Made by a program: the position numbers and the translations under genes. Below the pieces are notes generated by a model. It saw only the letters and a program-made list of their open reading frames with translations. It was not told the origin of the DNA and ran no database searches. This document shows positions 1-10,725 of a stretch of DNA of 64,000 bases, piece by piece. Source of the stretch: an uncultured Defluviitaleaceae bacterium (lineage in GTDB: Bacteria; Bacillota; Clostridia; Lachnospirales; WRBF01). The first letter of the stretch is position 1. Every line of letters begins with the position of its first letter. The stretch spans positions 68,997-132,996 of the forward strand of contig CAZHPA010000002.1 of assembly GCA_964533945.1 (NCBI GenBank), given 5' to 3'.

Positions 1-1146
1 CCTGAAAGCACAGTTCAAGGCTGTTTGGAAGTTATGAAGCTTACGGAAAATTACCTTTGCGAAATAACAGGCATGGATAATTTCACGTTTCAGCCTTCAG
101 CAGGAGCGCACGGGGAATACGCAGGGCTTTTGCTAATTAAGGCATATCATAATTACAAAGGCGATATAAAAAGAACACAAATTATAGTTCCAGATTCTGC
201 ACATGGAACTAATCCGGCTTCTGCAAATATGGCAGGGTTTGAAGTTGTTGCGGTTTCCTCAAGAGAAGATGGTTGCGTTGACATCGAAGCGCTAAAAGCC
301 GTTGTAAGCGATAAAACGGCAGGTTTAATGCTAACAAACCCAAATACGCTTGGGCTTTTTGAGAAGAATATATTAGAAATTACAAAAATTATACATGATG
401 TAGGCGGTTTAGTATATTACGATGGGGCAAATTTAAATGCAATTATGGGAATAGCAAAACCTGGCGATATGGGATTTGATGTAATACACTTAAACCTTCA
501 CAAAACATTTAGTACGCCTCATGGCGGAGGAGGGCCGGGAAGTGGTCCTGTGGGTTGCAAAAGCATATTAGCCCCATTTTTGCCTATACCTTACGTTAAA
601 CAAGATGGCGATATACTTTCATTTGATGAAAATAAACCCGAAACTATAGGGCGTGTTAAAGGATTTTATGGGAATTTTCTTGTTGTTGTTCGTGCTTTAA
701 CATATATTTTAAGCTGTGGCGGCGATGGGTTAAAGCAAGCTTCTGAAAATGCCGTTTTAAATGCAAATTACTTAATGAATAAAATTTCAGATTTATACGA
801 AGTGGCATATAAAGGAACTTGTATGCATGAGTTTGTTGTAAGTGTTGAAAATTTAAAACATGACAAAAATGTAAGTGCTGTTGACATTGCAAAAGCTTTA
901 ATAGACAACGGCATGCACCCTCCAACAATGTATTTTCCGCTTATAGTCCATGAAGCGCTAATGTTTGAACCAACTGAAACAGAATCTTTAGAAACACTTG
1001 ACGAAGCTGCCGAAGTTTTGCGTAGTATTTATAAAAAAGCTTTAAGCGAACCCGAAAGTTTAAAAGCTTGCCCAACTACAACGCCTGTTAAACGTGTTGA
1101 TGAAGTTAAAGCTGCAAGAAGTCTTAAAATTAAGTTTGAATTTTAA
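1..1146 (+). CDS. gcvPB: Glycine dehydrogenase (decarboxylating) subunit 2, glycine cleavage P-protein beta; 5' end outside the window
   Basis: Frame 1 is open from the window edge. Translation carries GcvPB-type motifs ([27 protein letters not shown]). Confidence 0.88.
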   Translation, partial: PESTVQGCLEVMKLTENYLCEITGMDNFTFQPSAGAHGEYAGLLLIKAYHNYKGDIKRTQIIVPDSAHGTNPASANMAGFEVVAVSSREDGCVDIEALKAVVSDKTAGLMLTNPNTLGLFEKNILEITKIIHDVGGLVYYDGANLNAIMGIAKPGDMGFDVIHLNLHKTFSTPHGGGGPGSGPVGCKSILAPFLPIPYVKQDGDILSFDENKPETIGRVKGFYGNFLVVVRALTYILSCGGDGLKQASENAVLNANYLMNKISDLYEVAYKGTCMHEFVVSVENLKHDKNVSAVDIAKALIDNGMHPPTMYFPLIVHEALMFEPTETESLETLDEAAEVLRSIYKKALSEPESLKACPTTTPVKRVDEVKAARSLKIKFEF

Positions 1147-1157
1147 GGAGAATTTTT

Positions 1158-1709
1158 ATGACTGAAAAAGAAAAAATGCTTGCCGGACAATTATATATTT
1201 CTTCCGACAAGGAATTGGCTGAATTAAGATATAGTGCAAGAGTTTTAACAGAAAAGCTAAATAAAACTCCAATTATAAATTTGGAAGAAAGAACAACTTT
1301 AATTAAGCAACTGTTTGGTTCAACAGGAGAAAACGTTTATATAGAGCCTAACTTCCGCTGCGATTATGGCTTCAATATTCACGTTGGAGAAAATTTTTAT
1401 GCAAACTACGACTGTGTTATTTTAGACGACATGGAAATTAAAATTGGCAAAAATTGCTTTCTGGCACCTCAGGTTGGCATATATACTGCAACACACCCAC
1501 TAAATCCTGACGAAAGAAACAGCGGCTTGGAATATTCAAAACCAATTACAATAGGCGATAACTGTTGGATTGGCGGACATGCAACAATTAATCCCGGTGT
1601 TACTTTAGGTAACAATGTTGTTGTTGCTTCGGGGGCTGTTGTTACTAAAAGTTTTGGTGACAACGTTGTTATAGGCGGAAATCCTGCTAAAATTATTAAG
1701 ATTATCTAA
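1158..1709 (+). CDS. maa: Maltose/galactoside O-acetyltransferase (hexapeptide-repeat family)
   Basis: 183 aa. The N-terminal Mac-type segment is followed by left-handed beta-helix hexapeptide repeats ([31 protein letters not shown]). AAGGAG lies 7 nt upstream of the ATG. Confidence 0.75.
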   Translation: MTEKEKMLAGQLYISSDKELAELRYSARVLTEKLNKTPIINLEERTTLIKQLFGSTGENVYIEPNFRCDYGFNIHVGENFYANYDCVILDDMEIKIGKNCFLAPQVGIYTATHPLNPDERNSGLEYSKPITIGDNCWIGGHATINPGVTLGNNVVVASGAVVTKSFGDNVVIGGNPAKIIKII

Positions 1710-1758
1710 TAGTTTCAAGCTTTCCTAGTGTTTTAATATGCTAATGCCAATAAGTGTA

Positions 1759-1787
1759 TTGTAAATTCATATGTCTTCTGTTATAAT
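1759..1787 (+). promoter_or_regulatory. Sigma-A type promoter upstream of carB
   Basis: TTGTAA (1759-1764), 17-nt spacer, TATAAT (1782-1787), with TGn immediately upstream giving an extended -10. Confidence 0.5.
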
Positions 1788-1822
1788 AGGCAAAAATTAT
1801 ACAAAATTTATTGGAGGTCTAT

Positions 1823-4800
1823 ATGCCAAAGAGAGAAGACATTAAAAAAGTTTTAATAATCGGTTCAGGTCCAATTATCATAGGGCAAGCTTGCGAATTT
1901 GACTATTCAGGAACGCAAGCGTGCAAAGCATTACGCAAACTAGGCTATGAAATTGTGCTTGTTAATTCAAACCCTGCAACAATAATGACAGATAAAGAAA
2001 CTGCAGACAGAACATATATTGAGCCGCTAAACGTCGATAGAATAGAAAAAATTATTGATGTTGAACGTCCGGACGCACTGCTTCCAAATTTAGGCGGTCA
2101 ATCCGGGCTTAATCTTTGTTCAGAACTTCATAAAGCAGGAGTTTTAGACAAATACAACGTTAAAGTAATTGGTGTTCAAGTTGACGCTATAGAGCGTGGG
2201 GAAGACAGAATTGCTTTTAAAAATGAAATGGACAAGCTAGGTATTGAAATGGCACGCTCAAAGCCAGCATATTCTCTTGAAGAAGCAAAGCAAATTGCAG
2301 ATGAACTTGGCTACCCTGTTGTTGTTCGCCCTGCATATACTATGGGTGGCGCAGGCGGAGGATTTGTTCATAATGAAGAAGAACTTTTGGCTGTTTCAGA
2401 GCGTGGGCTTGCAGCTAGTTTAGTTGGACAAATTTTAGTTGAAGAATCTGTTTTAGGTTGGGAAGAATTAGAACTTGAAGTAGTTAGAGATAGCACAGGA
2501 AAGAAAATTACGGTTTGCTTTATTGAAAATATTGACCCAATGGGCGTTCATACAGGCGACTCGTTTTGTGCTGCCCCAATGTTAACTATAAGCAAAGAAT
2601 TACAGCAACGCTTGCAAGAAGCAGCATATAAAATTGTTGATGCTATAGAAGTTATTGGTGGAACAAACGTTCAGTTTGCCCACGACCCAATAACAGATAG
2701 AATTGTTGTAATAGAAATTAACCCAAGAACTTCAAGGTCTTCTGCCCTTGCTTCAAAAGCAACAGGTTTTCCAATTGCTTCTGTTTCAACGCTTCTTGCT
2801 GCTGGTTTAACGCTTTCTGAAATAGAATGCGGAAAATATGGAACACTTGATAAATATGTTCCTGATGGAGAATATGTTGTTATTAAATTTGCACGCTGGG
2901 CTTTTGAGAAGTTTAAAAATTCAAAAGATGCATTAGGTACTCAAATGAAAGCCGTCGGCGAAGTTATGAGTATAGGTAGAAATTATAAGGAAGCATTCCA
3001 AAAAGCTATAAGAAGCCTTGAAATTGGACGTTACGGTTTAGGATTTATAAAAAACTTAACAGATAAATCATTGGAACAACTTTTAGATATGCTTAAATTT
3101 GCAACAAGCGAAAGACAATTTATTATGTATGAAGCATTGAAAAAAGGCGCAACAATAGAACAGCTTTATAATTTAACTAAAATTAAACATTATTTTATAG
3201 AGCAAATGAAAGAGCTTGTTGATGTGGAAAATAAGCTTATTAATGCTTCAGGCAACTTAGATGCCGAACTTTTAAAGCAAGCTAAATTGGATGGATTTTC
3301 AGATAAATATATTTCTTTACTGACTGGACTTTTAGAAAGCACTATACGCCAAATGAGAAAGGATGCAAAAATTGTTCAGTCGTATGAAAAAATTCATGTT
3401 AGCGGAACAAAAGATGCTGCATATTATTATTCAACATATAACACTCAAAGTTTGCACAATGTTTCCTCAAACAAAAACAAAGTGTTAATTTTAGGAGGCG
3501 GGCCTAACAGAATTGGACAAGGAATAGAATTTGACTATTGTTGTGTTCATGCGGCGTTTACTCTTAAAAAACTAGGCATTGAAACAATTATGGTAAACTG
3601 CAACCCCGAAACAGTTTCAACAGATTACGATACTTCAGACAAGCTTTACTTTGAACCTTTAACTTTAGAAGATGTTTTAAGTATATACGATTTAGAAAAG
3701 CCGCTTGGTGTTATAAGTCAATTCGGTGGACAAACACCTTTAAATCTTGCAACAACATTGCAAAAAGCAGGCGTTACAGTGCTTGGAACATCACCTTCTT
3801 CAATTGATACAGCAGAAGATAGAGATAAATTTAGAGCTATTATGGAAGATTTAAAAATTCCAATGCCTCCTTCTGAAATGGCTTCAACAACATCAGAAGC
3901 GCTTGAAGCTGCAAAAAAACTAGGTTATCCGCTTATGGTTCGCCCTTCGTTTGTGCTTGGTGGGCGTGGAATGGAAGTTGTTTATAATTCAGAAAACCTT
4001 ATTAAATATATGGAAGCAGCAATAGGCGTAACGCCTGAAAGCCCAATATTAATTGATAGGTTTTTAGATAATGCACTAGAATGCGAAGCAGATGCAATTT
4101 CGGATGGGGAGAATGTTTTTGTTCCGGCTATTATGGAACACATTGAACTTGCAGGTGTTCATTCAGGAGATTCGGCTTGTGCTTTGCCTTCTTTAAATAT
4201 ATCTAAAGAACATATTGAAACAATAAATAACTATACAGAACGTATTGCAAAGGCACTTAATGTTAAAGGGCTAATGAATATGCAGTATGCAATATCCGAC
4301 GGAGTTGTATATGTGCTTGAAGCAAACCCAAGAGCTTCCCGAACAGTTCCTTTGGTTTCTAAAGTTTGTGATATTAATATGGTTCCAATTGCTGTTTCGG
4401 TTATAATGTCTGAAACAACAGGCGAACCTTCACCAATTCCAAGCTTAACGCATAAGCATATTCCATATTATGGAGTTAAAGAAGCAGTTTTTCCGTTTAA
4501 TATGTTTCCAGAAGTAGACCCTGTTTTAGGGCCTGAAATGCGTTCGACAGGAGAAGTTTTAGGCTTGGCGCATTCTTTCGGACAAGCGTTTTGCAAAGCT
4601 CAAGAATCCGTTAAAATGACTTTGCCAACAAGCGGAACAATATTTATTAGCGTAAGTAATCCAGACAAGGCACAATGTGCAGAAGTTGCCAAAAGATTTT
4701 CGGCATTAGGCTTTAATATTTTAACAACAGAAGGAACAGGCGAATTTTTAACTAAAAACGGCATAAAAAATACAATAATTAAAAAGCTTAAAGAAGGCGA

Positions 4801-5038
4801 ACCAAACCTTTTGAACTATATTGCCAAAAAAGAAATTGCTTTAATTATAAACTCTCCTTCAGGGCATGAAAGTACAGCGCAAGGAAGTTATATTAGAAAA
4901 GCAGCAATTAAAGAAAGGTTACCATATATGACAACGATGTCGGCGGCACTTGCAGCTGTTAAAGGCATTGAAGAAATTGTTAAAAACCCTGAAACTTCAG
5001 TATTTGCATTGCAAGATTATCATTTAGAAATTAAGTAA
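1823..5038 (+). CDS. carB: Carbamoyl-phosphate synthase large subunit
   Basis: Two ATP-grasp halves plus an MGS-like C-terminus; N-terminus MPKREDIKKVLIIGSGPIIIGQACEFDYSGTQA. ATG at 1823 is preferred over the track start 1811 because GGAGG sits at 1813-1817. Confidence 0.93.
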   Translation: MPKREDIKKVLIIGSGPIIIGQACEFDYSGTQACKALRKLGYEIVLVNSNPATIMTDKETADRTYIEPLNVDRIEKIIDVERPDALLPNLGGQSGLNLCSELHKAGVLDKYNVKVIGVQVDAIERGEDRIAFKNEMDKLGIEMARSKPAYSLEEAKQIADELGYPVVVRPAYTMGGAGGGFVHNEEELLAVSERGLAASLVGQILVEESVLGWEELELEVVRDSTGKKITVCFIENIDPMGVHTGDSFCAAPMLTISKELQQRLQEAAYKIVDAIEVIGGTNVQFAHDPITDRIVVIEINPRTSRSSALASKATGFPIASVSTLLAAGLTLSEIECGKYGTLDKYVPDGEYVVIKFARWAFEKFKNSKDALGTQMKAVGEVMSIGRNYKEAFQKAIRSLEIGRYGLGFIKNLTDKSLEQLLDMLKFATSERQFIMYEALKKGATIEQLYNLTKIKHYFIEQMKELVDVENKLINASGNLDAELLKQAKLDGFSDKYISLLTGLLESTIRQMRKDAKIVQSYEKIHVSGTKDAAYYYSTYNTQSLHNVSSNKNKVLILGGGPNRIGQGIEFDYCCVHAAFTLKKLGIETIMVNCNPETVSTDYDTSDKLYFEPLTLEDVLSIYDLEKPLGVISQFGGQTPLNLATTLQKAGVTVLGTSPSSIDTAEDRDKFRAIMEDLKIPMPPSEMASTTSEALEAAKKLGYPLMVRPSFVLGGRGMEVVYNSENLIKYMEAAIGVTPESPILIDRFLDNALECEADAISDGENVFVPAIMEHIELAGVHSGDSACALPSLNISKEHIETINNYTERIAKALNVKGLMNMQYAISDGVVYVLEANPRASRTVPLVSKVCDINMVPIAVSVIMSETTGEPSPIPSLTHKHIPYYGVKEAVFPFNMFPEVDPVLGPEMRSTGEVLGLAHSFGQAFCKAQESVKMTLPTSGTIFISVSNPDKAQCAEVAKRFSALGFNILTTEGTGEFLTKNGIKNTIIKKLKEGEPNLLNYIAKKEIALIINSPSGHESTAQGSYIRKAAIKERLPYMTTMSAALAAVKGIEEIVKNPETSVFALQDYHLEIK

Positions 5039-5042
5039 CAGT

Positions 5043-5072
5043 AAAAAAAGGGGGGCTTAAAGCTCCCTTTTT
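5043..5072 (+). terminator. Intrinsic terminator after carB
   Basis: GGGGGCT/AGCTCCC stem with one G-T pair, 3-nt loop, followed by TTTTT. Confidence 0.5.
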
Positions 5073-5093
5073 AACTCCTAAATAGGTGATTTT

Positions 5094-5723
5094 ATGAAAT
5101 TAATTTTAACAAATGCAAAAATAAGACGTATTGCCATTGTTGTTTTAATAACTGTTTTGGCAGTTGGCATTCCATTTGGTTACTATGTCTTTAGTACAAG
5201 ATATATAAAGTTATTCGGAATTACTCTAACACCGTCTCGTGATTTTCCGGTAGCTGACATAACTTACTATTTACAAAACGATCCTCTTTGGTCTTCTGAT
5301 AAAATTGGCAGCACATCGTCAACGTTGGGTAAAGAAGGTTGCCTTATAACATGCGTTGCTGTTTCTTTAAACAACCTTGGTATAGAAATAACACCTAAGA
5401 AATTAAACCAATCTTTGTCTGACGCAAACGGATACCAAGGTGCAGATTTAATTTGGTATAAAATCAATGAGGTATTGCCTTCGGCAGATTACAGCTATGA
5501 GAGAATATTTTCTTCTGAAACAATTGAAAAAGATTTAGAAGATGGGAAGTTGCCAATTGTAAATATACGGCTAAACGGCATTGTTACACATTGGGTTATT
5601 ATAATTGGCGCAGAGAATGGAGAATTTCTTATTTTTGACCCAGCCAATAAAGATAAAATGCCTATTCCATTGCAAACGCACGAAAAAGTTTATGCTTATC
5701 GAGTACTGCAAAAAGATAGTTAA
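5094..5723 (+). CDS. Membrane-anchored papain-like (C39-like) cysteine peptidase domain protein, tentative
   Basis: 209 aa with an N-terminal TM helix. Has YYLQNDPLWS...GKEGCLITCVAVSL (candidate Cys) and a later THWVIIIG (candidate His). Confidence 0.4.
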   Translation: MKLILTNAKIRRIAIVVLITVLAVGIPFGYYVFSTRYIKLFGITLTPSRDFPVADITYYLQNDPLWSSDKIGSTSSTLGKEGCLITCVAVSLNNLGIEITPKKLNQSLSDANGYQGADLIWYKINEVLPSADYSYERIFSSETIEKDLEDGKLPIVNIRLNGIVTHWVIIIGAENGEFLIFDPANKDKMPIPLQTHEKVYAYRVLQKDS

Positions 5724-5961
5724 GCAGTTGAAATTTCAATAAACTATAGCTTTTATTGCTACAATTATCAAAGTAACCTCTATAAGTTCTTAGCGTAATA
5801 AACCCCCTATGATTTCATTTTACCATAAGGGGAATCTTTTTGTTGTTCGTTTTTTATAAAGTTGCTAAAGCACCTTCAAAACTTTTAATTTTGTTTTCCA
5901 TAAGTTGAATTTATCTTGCAGTATTTTAGAAAAACAGGGCTAAATATTTAAACTTTAGGTT

Positions 5962-6390
5962 TTATCTTTTTTCATCAACTAAAATTCCAGCAAGTTCCCA
6001 CATTTTGGCAACCGCATCAAGTTTCTTTTCAGGGGGAAATTCTTTAATTATTTCGTTTGTATCCGAGTTTATAATTTTAATCATAACATCTTTTGTAACT
6101 TTATGAATACTATAGCTTAAATAGCTTTGAGTTGGAGCAATTTTTTTATTCGCTTCTTGAATAGCTTTTTTTAACTTTTCTTCAGCAATTTTTTCGCTTG
6201 ATGGGTAGCTTTTTTGAGCTTCAACTAAACTTGAAGCTTCATTATTATTTGTTTGTTGCTCGTTTTTCCCTATGTTTATTCCTGAATTTGCTTTAGAAAC
6301 TTCTTCACCTTGTTTTTTTAAAGTATTTGCGGACGTTTGTGTTGTTTCGTTTTGTATGTTATTCATGCCAATATTATTATTAACTTCCAT
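5962..6390 (-). CDS. flaG: Flagellar protein FlaG
   Basis: 142 aa. The C-terminal half matches the FlaG pattern (SYSIHKVTKDVMIKIINSDTNEIIKEFPPEKKLD). Last gene of the fliD operon. Confidence 0.75.
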   Translation of the reverse strand: MEVNNNIGMNNIQNETTQTSANTLKKQGEEVSKANSGINIGKNEQQTNNNEASSLVEAQKSYPSSEKIAEEKLKKAIQEANKKIAPTQSYLSYSIHKVTKDVMIKIINSDTNEIIKEFPPEKKLDAVAKMWELAGILVDEKR

Positions 6391-6413
6391 GCTAAATTAA
6401 ACCTCCTTTAAAC

Positions 6414-6830
6414 CTAGTTGCGCTTGTCAAAGCTGCTAATATTGTCAAAATACAAATCGCCTTGGTATTTGCTTGTTACATCTTTTGTAACACTTGCTTT
6501 TTTCATATTGTCTTTTAAAAATGAATTGATTTTAGGAACAAATTTTGAAATTTCCTCATCAATGGCAATAATTTGCCCGACTGTGTTTTTAATTTCGCTT
6601 TCTAAAAATTGCGTTTTTTGATTTGAAACATTTTTATAGCATAGAAGATTAAGTCTGTTGTCGATAGCTTGAAGATTTTCTAAAACCTTCTCTCTTTCAT
6701 CAACCATGTTAATATAGTTTTGTGGGGCATCTTCTATGTTTTCAAAGCTTGCGCTTTTTGTTAAAACAAGCATATCAATTAAAAGCTGAAGCTTTTTGCC
6801 TAGCATATTAATTTTGTCATCAATTAGCAT
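6414..6830 (-). CDS. Helical flagellar chaperone-like protein (FlgN/FliT-like), tentative
   Basis: 138 aa, predicted all-helical. Starts 3 nt after the fliD stop. The C-terminal ...KYQGDLYFDNISSFDKRN resembles the Firmicute FlgN (YvyG) tail. It is not FliS-like. Confidence 0.35.
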   Translation of the reverse strand: MLIDDKINMLGKKLQLLIDMLVLTKSASFENIEDAPQNYINMVDEREKVLENLQAIDNRLNLLCYKNVSNQKTQFLESEIKNTVGQIIAIDEEISKFVPKINSFLKDNMKKASVTKDVTSKYQGDLYFDNISSFDKRN

Positions 6831-6833
6831 AGG

Positions 6834-9779
6834 CTACATTCCCATCTGTGCTTGCAAATATGACATTTGGTTGTCGCTTTTAATCATTGCCGATTCCATT
6901 CTTGAGAACATTTGGTAGTAATAATTTTCTTTGTCAATTAAATAAGACAATATGTTATTTAACTCTATTGCTTGCTTTTCAATTTCTTTATACATTGAGC
7001 AAGTTAATTCTGAGCTTGTACCTTTAATGCCTGCTTTTTCGTAAATTGACCCGCCTTGGTCTATTGCAGTTTTTATAATATCGTTTACTCTTTCCGCAAC
7101 GCCTTCTTCTTTGAGCCTTTGAGAAAGCTGGCCACTATTTTTAGGGCTATTAGAAAACCCAATGCTTGAGCCTTTTGTAAATAAAGTTTGAACATCTTCA
7201 TAGCGTTCGTCAAGAGCTTTTTTTAATTTCTTCTCATCTATAATAAGCTTGCCTTTGTCTTTATAGTTTCCTGTTGTAATTCCTATTTCATAAAGGCTTA
7301 TTTTTTTGCCATCGCCCAAATCAACAGGTTGGTATAGCATTGTACGCATTTCTCTTGTTATTTTTTCTATAATTGGGTCATTGTATAAAAGACCTTCTTT
7401 AGCTTTCGCTTCCCAAAGTTCAATGTCTTTGTCTTTCATTGCAGACTTTTCTTCATCTGTTAAAGGGTCGAAATATTTTCCTTTTGATTTCTTCCTTTTT
7501 TCGTCTGTTGACTTGTTGAGAGATTCTATCATTTCGTTGTAGCCGTCGATAAAGTTTTTAATAATATCAAAAGTTGAATCAACGTCTTTTTTAACAGTTA
7601 TTATAGCTTCCCCGTTTGTAACGCTTTCTAATTTAAGCGTCATTCCAATTTCGTCGACTTCTGTTGTGTTTGTTTCGGAATTAAATTCCTTGCCGTTTAT
7701 TAAAAATGTTGCATCTGCGCCCAATGTTTTTATATTTGTTAAGCCAAAATTTGTTGTCATAGCATCGTTTGCTAAAGTAATTGCGCTTTTAGAACCGGTT
7801 TTGTTAGATTCAAGATTAAATTTGCTAGTTTGCGAGTCGTAGCTTAATGTTACCCCCGCATCACTTTTATTAACCTTATCCATAAATTGCTTTAAGGTGT
7901 TGCTTTTGTTTCCGGTTATTCTAACGCCATTAATAGAAACTGTAAAATTTCCGTTGCTGTCTGTTCGCAATGCACTTCCAAAAATTTTGTCAAGAGTTTG
8001 CTGACCTGCTCCGGTACTCATTTTATCTGTAAGCCCAATTTCTGTAAGCATACTTTTTGCTTCGATTGTTATTGGGTTTGAACCTGCCGCAAAGCCTAAA
8101 TTTTTTAAATCGGGACCGGCTACATTGGAAATTTTTAAAGTTTTTTCAGAAGCAGTAGCAGTTTTTTCAAAAACAATTTTTCCATTATTGTTTTTAGCAA
8201 CAACATCATTTTCAAGCCCCTGGCCTGTTAAAGCTTGGTTAATTGCAGCAATAGTTTCTCTTGCTGTCCAACCATCCTGAGTGGTAAAACTAATTTGCTT
8301 TGATGTTCCATCTAAAGATATATTAAAATTATATGTTCTAGGAGAAACGCTAACAGAGAAATCGCTTGAAGAACCTATAGAAACAGGCTGAGCATTTAAG
8401 CTTAGTGTTGTTACTGCTCCAAAGCCTAATTTTTTTAAGCTATCGCTTGCGTTATTATCTGCTAAAGCTATAGTTTCATTACCTGCTTTCCCTGTTTTTT
8501 CAAAAATAACTTTACCACCAATGCTTTTTGCTACAACTTTATCTTTAAAGTCGGCATCTGCCTGTATTTGCCTATTGATTTCAGCAATAACACTCTCGAC
8601 TTTAGCGCCGCTTTGCGCTGTAAAATTAATGTTTAAAGTTTCGGTACCTGCAGTCATTGAAAAATCATATGTTGTTGCACTTGTTGGCGAAACAAACGCA
8701 TTAGTTGAAATTTGTGAAACAGCTTGTGGTTTAATATCAAAGCTGCTTGATGAAAAACCTAAGCGGGAAAGTGTTGAAGTTGCAACATTATTGCCGTTTC
8801 CGTCGGGCAATGTTCCGTTTTTAACATTAATTGTATTTGCTCCTGCTGATATTGATTTTTCAAAAGCAATTTTACCATTAACAACTTTTGCACTAATGGA
8901 GCCATTAAGTGACGTCAACGCAATTTCGTTGTTAATAGCGTTAACAGCATCTTGTGCTGAAGCACCTGATAGCAATTGAAACGAAATATTTTCGGTTGTA
9001 CCTGCCATTTCAAATGTAAGAGAATGTTTTTCAGGAGTTGCCCCAACAACATATAATGAATTAGCAGCTTGAGCGCTTTGAGGTCTTGTTGTGCCTTGAT
9101 AAACTGTTAATGTGCTTCCGGAACTTGCTGCATCAAGAGTTAATTTGCCGTCAGATGTTAAGCCAGCTTGAACTCTTTGAGTTGCCCCATCTTTGCCAAA
9201 AGCTGTTGTTAATTTATCGTTTAACAATTTAACGTATTCTTGTCTTTTTAGTGCAGTTGTTGATAAACCGTTGATTTGGTCAATATCATCTTGAGAAAAA
9301 GAAATTGTTCTTGAAGAACTATTGTATGATACATAAAAGCTATTAGGTTCAAGCTTGCTAACGTCAATAGGTTTACTTCCTTCGATTTTACCGGAAATAG
9401 AAATGGAGTTTTGGCTTTCTACAAGCTCTTTTGTTGCTAAATTTAAAACTTCAACTGCATATGTTCCGTTTTTAGCTTTATCAGAAGAAACGATTTTAAC
9501 TGCATTCGTGTCTTGACCATTTATTTTCACAGAATTGCTTTGCTTTGCAAAAGAAGACTCAAGTCTAATACCGCCTGCTTTTGTTAGGCTTAAAAAATCG
9601 GTTTGAAAAGTTGAAAGCTTAGTAGCAATTCCTCTGTATGCTTCTTGCTTCCAACCTAGCGAAATACTTTTTCTGTATAATTTGTCATATTTTAGGCTTT
9701 CTGCTTTCATAAGCTGCTTTATCATGCTTTCGGTATCCATACCCGAAAAGCCTGTTAAACGCATTCTATTAGAGTACAC
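6834..9779 (-). CDS. fliD: Flagellar filament cap protein FliD (hook-associated protein 2), unusually long at 981 aa
   Basis: N-terminus (MRLTGFSGMDTESMIKQLMKAESLKYDKL) and C-terminus (...YYQMFSRMESAMIKSDNQMSYLQAQMG) are typical of FliD. GTG start lies 9 nt after AGGAGG. Confidence 0.85.
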   Translation of the reverse strand: MYSNRMRLTGFSGMDTESMIKQLMKAESLKYDKLYRKSISLGWKQEAYRGIATKLSTFQTDFLSLTKAGGIRLESSFAKQSNSVKINGQDTNAVKIVSSDKAKNGTYAVEVLNLATKELVESQNSISISGKIEGSKPIDVSKLEPNSFYVSYNSSSRTISFSQDDIDQINGLSTTALKRQEYVKLLNDKLTTAFGKDGATQRVQAGLTSDGKLTLDAASSGSTLTVYQGTTRPQSAQAANSLYVVGATPEKHSLTFEMAGTTENISFQLLSGASAQDAVNAINNEIALTSLNGSISAKVVNGKIAFEKSISAGANTINVKNGTLPDGNGNNVATSTLSRLGFSSSSFDIKPQAVSQISTNAFVSPTSATTYDFSMTAGTETLNINFTAQSGAKVESVIAEINRQIQADADFKDKVVAKSIGGKVIFEKTGKAGNETIALADNNASDSLKKLGFGAVTTLSLNAQPVSIGSSSDFSVSVSPRTYNFNISLDGTSKQISFTTQDGWTARETIAAINQALTGQGLENDVVAKNNNGKIVFEKTATASEKTLKISNVAGPDLKNLGFAAGSNPITIEAKSMLTEIGLTDKMSTGAGQQTLDKIFGSALRTDSNGNFTVSINGVRITGNKSNTLKQFMDKVNKSDAGVTLSYDSQTSKFNLESNKTGSKSAITLANDAMTTNFGLTNIKTLGADATFLINGKEFNSETNTTEVDEIGMTLKLESVTNGEAIITVKKDVDSTFDIIKNFIDGYNEMIESLNKSTDEKRKKSKGKYFDPLTDEEKSAMKDKDIELWEAKAKEGLLYNDPIIEKITREMRTMLYQPVDLGDGKKISLYEIGITTGNYKDKGKLIIDEKKLKKALDERYEDVQTLFTKGSSIGFSNSPKNSGQLSQRLKEEGVAERVNDIIKTAIDQGGSIYEKAGIKGTSSELTCSMYKEIEKQAIELNNILSYLIDKENYYYQMFSRMESAMIKSDNQMSYLQAQMGM
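8052..9026 (-). repeat. Three tandem ~95-105-aa coding repeats inside fliD; a possible fourth degenerate copy lies upstream to ~9341
   Basis: Each unit has ...F(T/Q)..(S/D)G....(V/I).AIN..I.....(V/I)(V/S)AK...GK(I/V).FEK.......(L/I).......L..LGF... Confidence 0.6.
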
Positions 9780-9815
9780 TAAACATTACCTCCTTTAATT
9801 TGCCCTCTATTATGT

Positions 9816-9842
9816 ATATCGGAAGATAGTGTAATAATTTTA
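9816..9842 (-). promoter_or_regulatory. Sigma-D/sigma-28 (FliA-type) promoter for the fliD operon
   Basis: The minus strand reads TAAA-N15-TCCGATAT, against the B. subtilis sigma-D consensus TAAA-N15-GCCGATAT. It lies ~37 nt upstream of the fliD start. Confidence 0.6.
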
Positions 9843-9990
9843 ATAGTTTATTTTTGATTTAATTATGGTATTAAACGAAACAACTTTAAACAACGCTATT
9901 GGAACAATTAATTTTATTCCAACATTCCCATTTTGACGTTGACAGTGTAATTAATGTAATGTACAATATTGGAAAAAGGGAGGGATTAAA

Positions 9991-10686
9991 ATGAAAAAAC
10001 GGTTTATATTTATTTCTCTTTGCGTTATTATGACATTATGTTTTTCATTGCAAACGTTGGTTTTTGCTCAAGACAATAAGCTAAATATTGCTTTTGATCC
10101 AGAGGACTTGAGTGAAGTTTATAAGAGCAACAAGAAGATTGTTGTAATTAGGCATACCAACAAAGGCGAAAAGGTGGCGTGGTTAGTTTTTAACCCATTT
10201 AAGAATAATGTTGTGACTTTTGACGACCAAGTAACTTTATACGAATCTAATTCGAAAACAGAACCAGGTTCCATAATTAAACCCCTTATAAGCACACCTG
10301 CTAATTCAGAAAAAAAATATATATTCAAAAATGATAGCTTTACTGATGAAAATGACAGCGGCATACACGAACGTTCATATTATGTGAAAAATATGATGTC
10401 TGAATCTGAATCTAATAAACTAACTTTTGGGTTGGGAGCATTTGCAACCATAAACGGTAAACGAACTCGTTTTTTGCCTATAAATGCCGAAGAAATTTCC
10501 CAGGGGGGAGCAGAAGAATTTTCTGCATATGACACTTTAACGGTTTATATGGAAGATAATGTTCAGCAATCCTCAGTAATAGTTAATACAGAAGTTAATG
10601 CAATTAAAGTGTCTTTTGACGAATCTAATAAAGAAATTACAATAAAATATAATAGTATAACTGGCGGGTTTTATTTTGCAGAATAA
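9991..10686 (+). CDS. Secreted hypothetical protein
   Basis: 231 aa with a clear signal peptide (MKKRFIFISLCVIMTLCFSLQTLVFAQ) and a GGGAGGG RBS. I recognise no family. Confidence 0.55.
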   Translation: MKKRFIFISLCVIMTLCFSLQTLVFAQDNKLNIAFDPEDLSEVYKSNKKIVVIRHTNKGEKVAWLVFNPFKNNVVTFDDQVTLYESNSKTEPGSIIKPLISTPANSEKKYIFKNDSFTDENDSGIHERSYYVKNMMSESESNKLTFGLGAFATINGKRTRFLPINAEEISQGGAEEFSAYDTLTVYMEDNVQQSSVIVNTEVNAIKVSFDESNKEITIKYNSITGGFYFAE

Positions 10687-10725
10687 TAAAACGACTTCAT
10701 AAAAAGATGGCATTAACTAAAGAAT

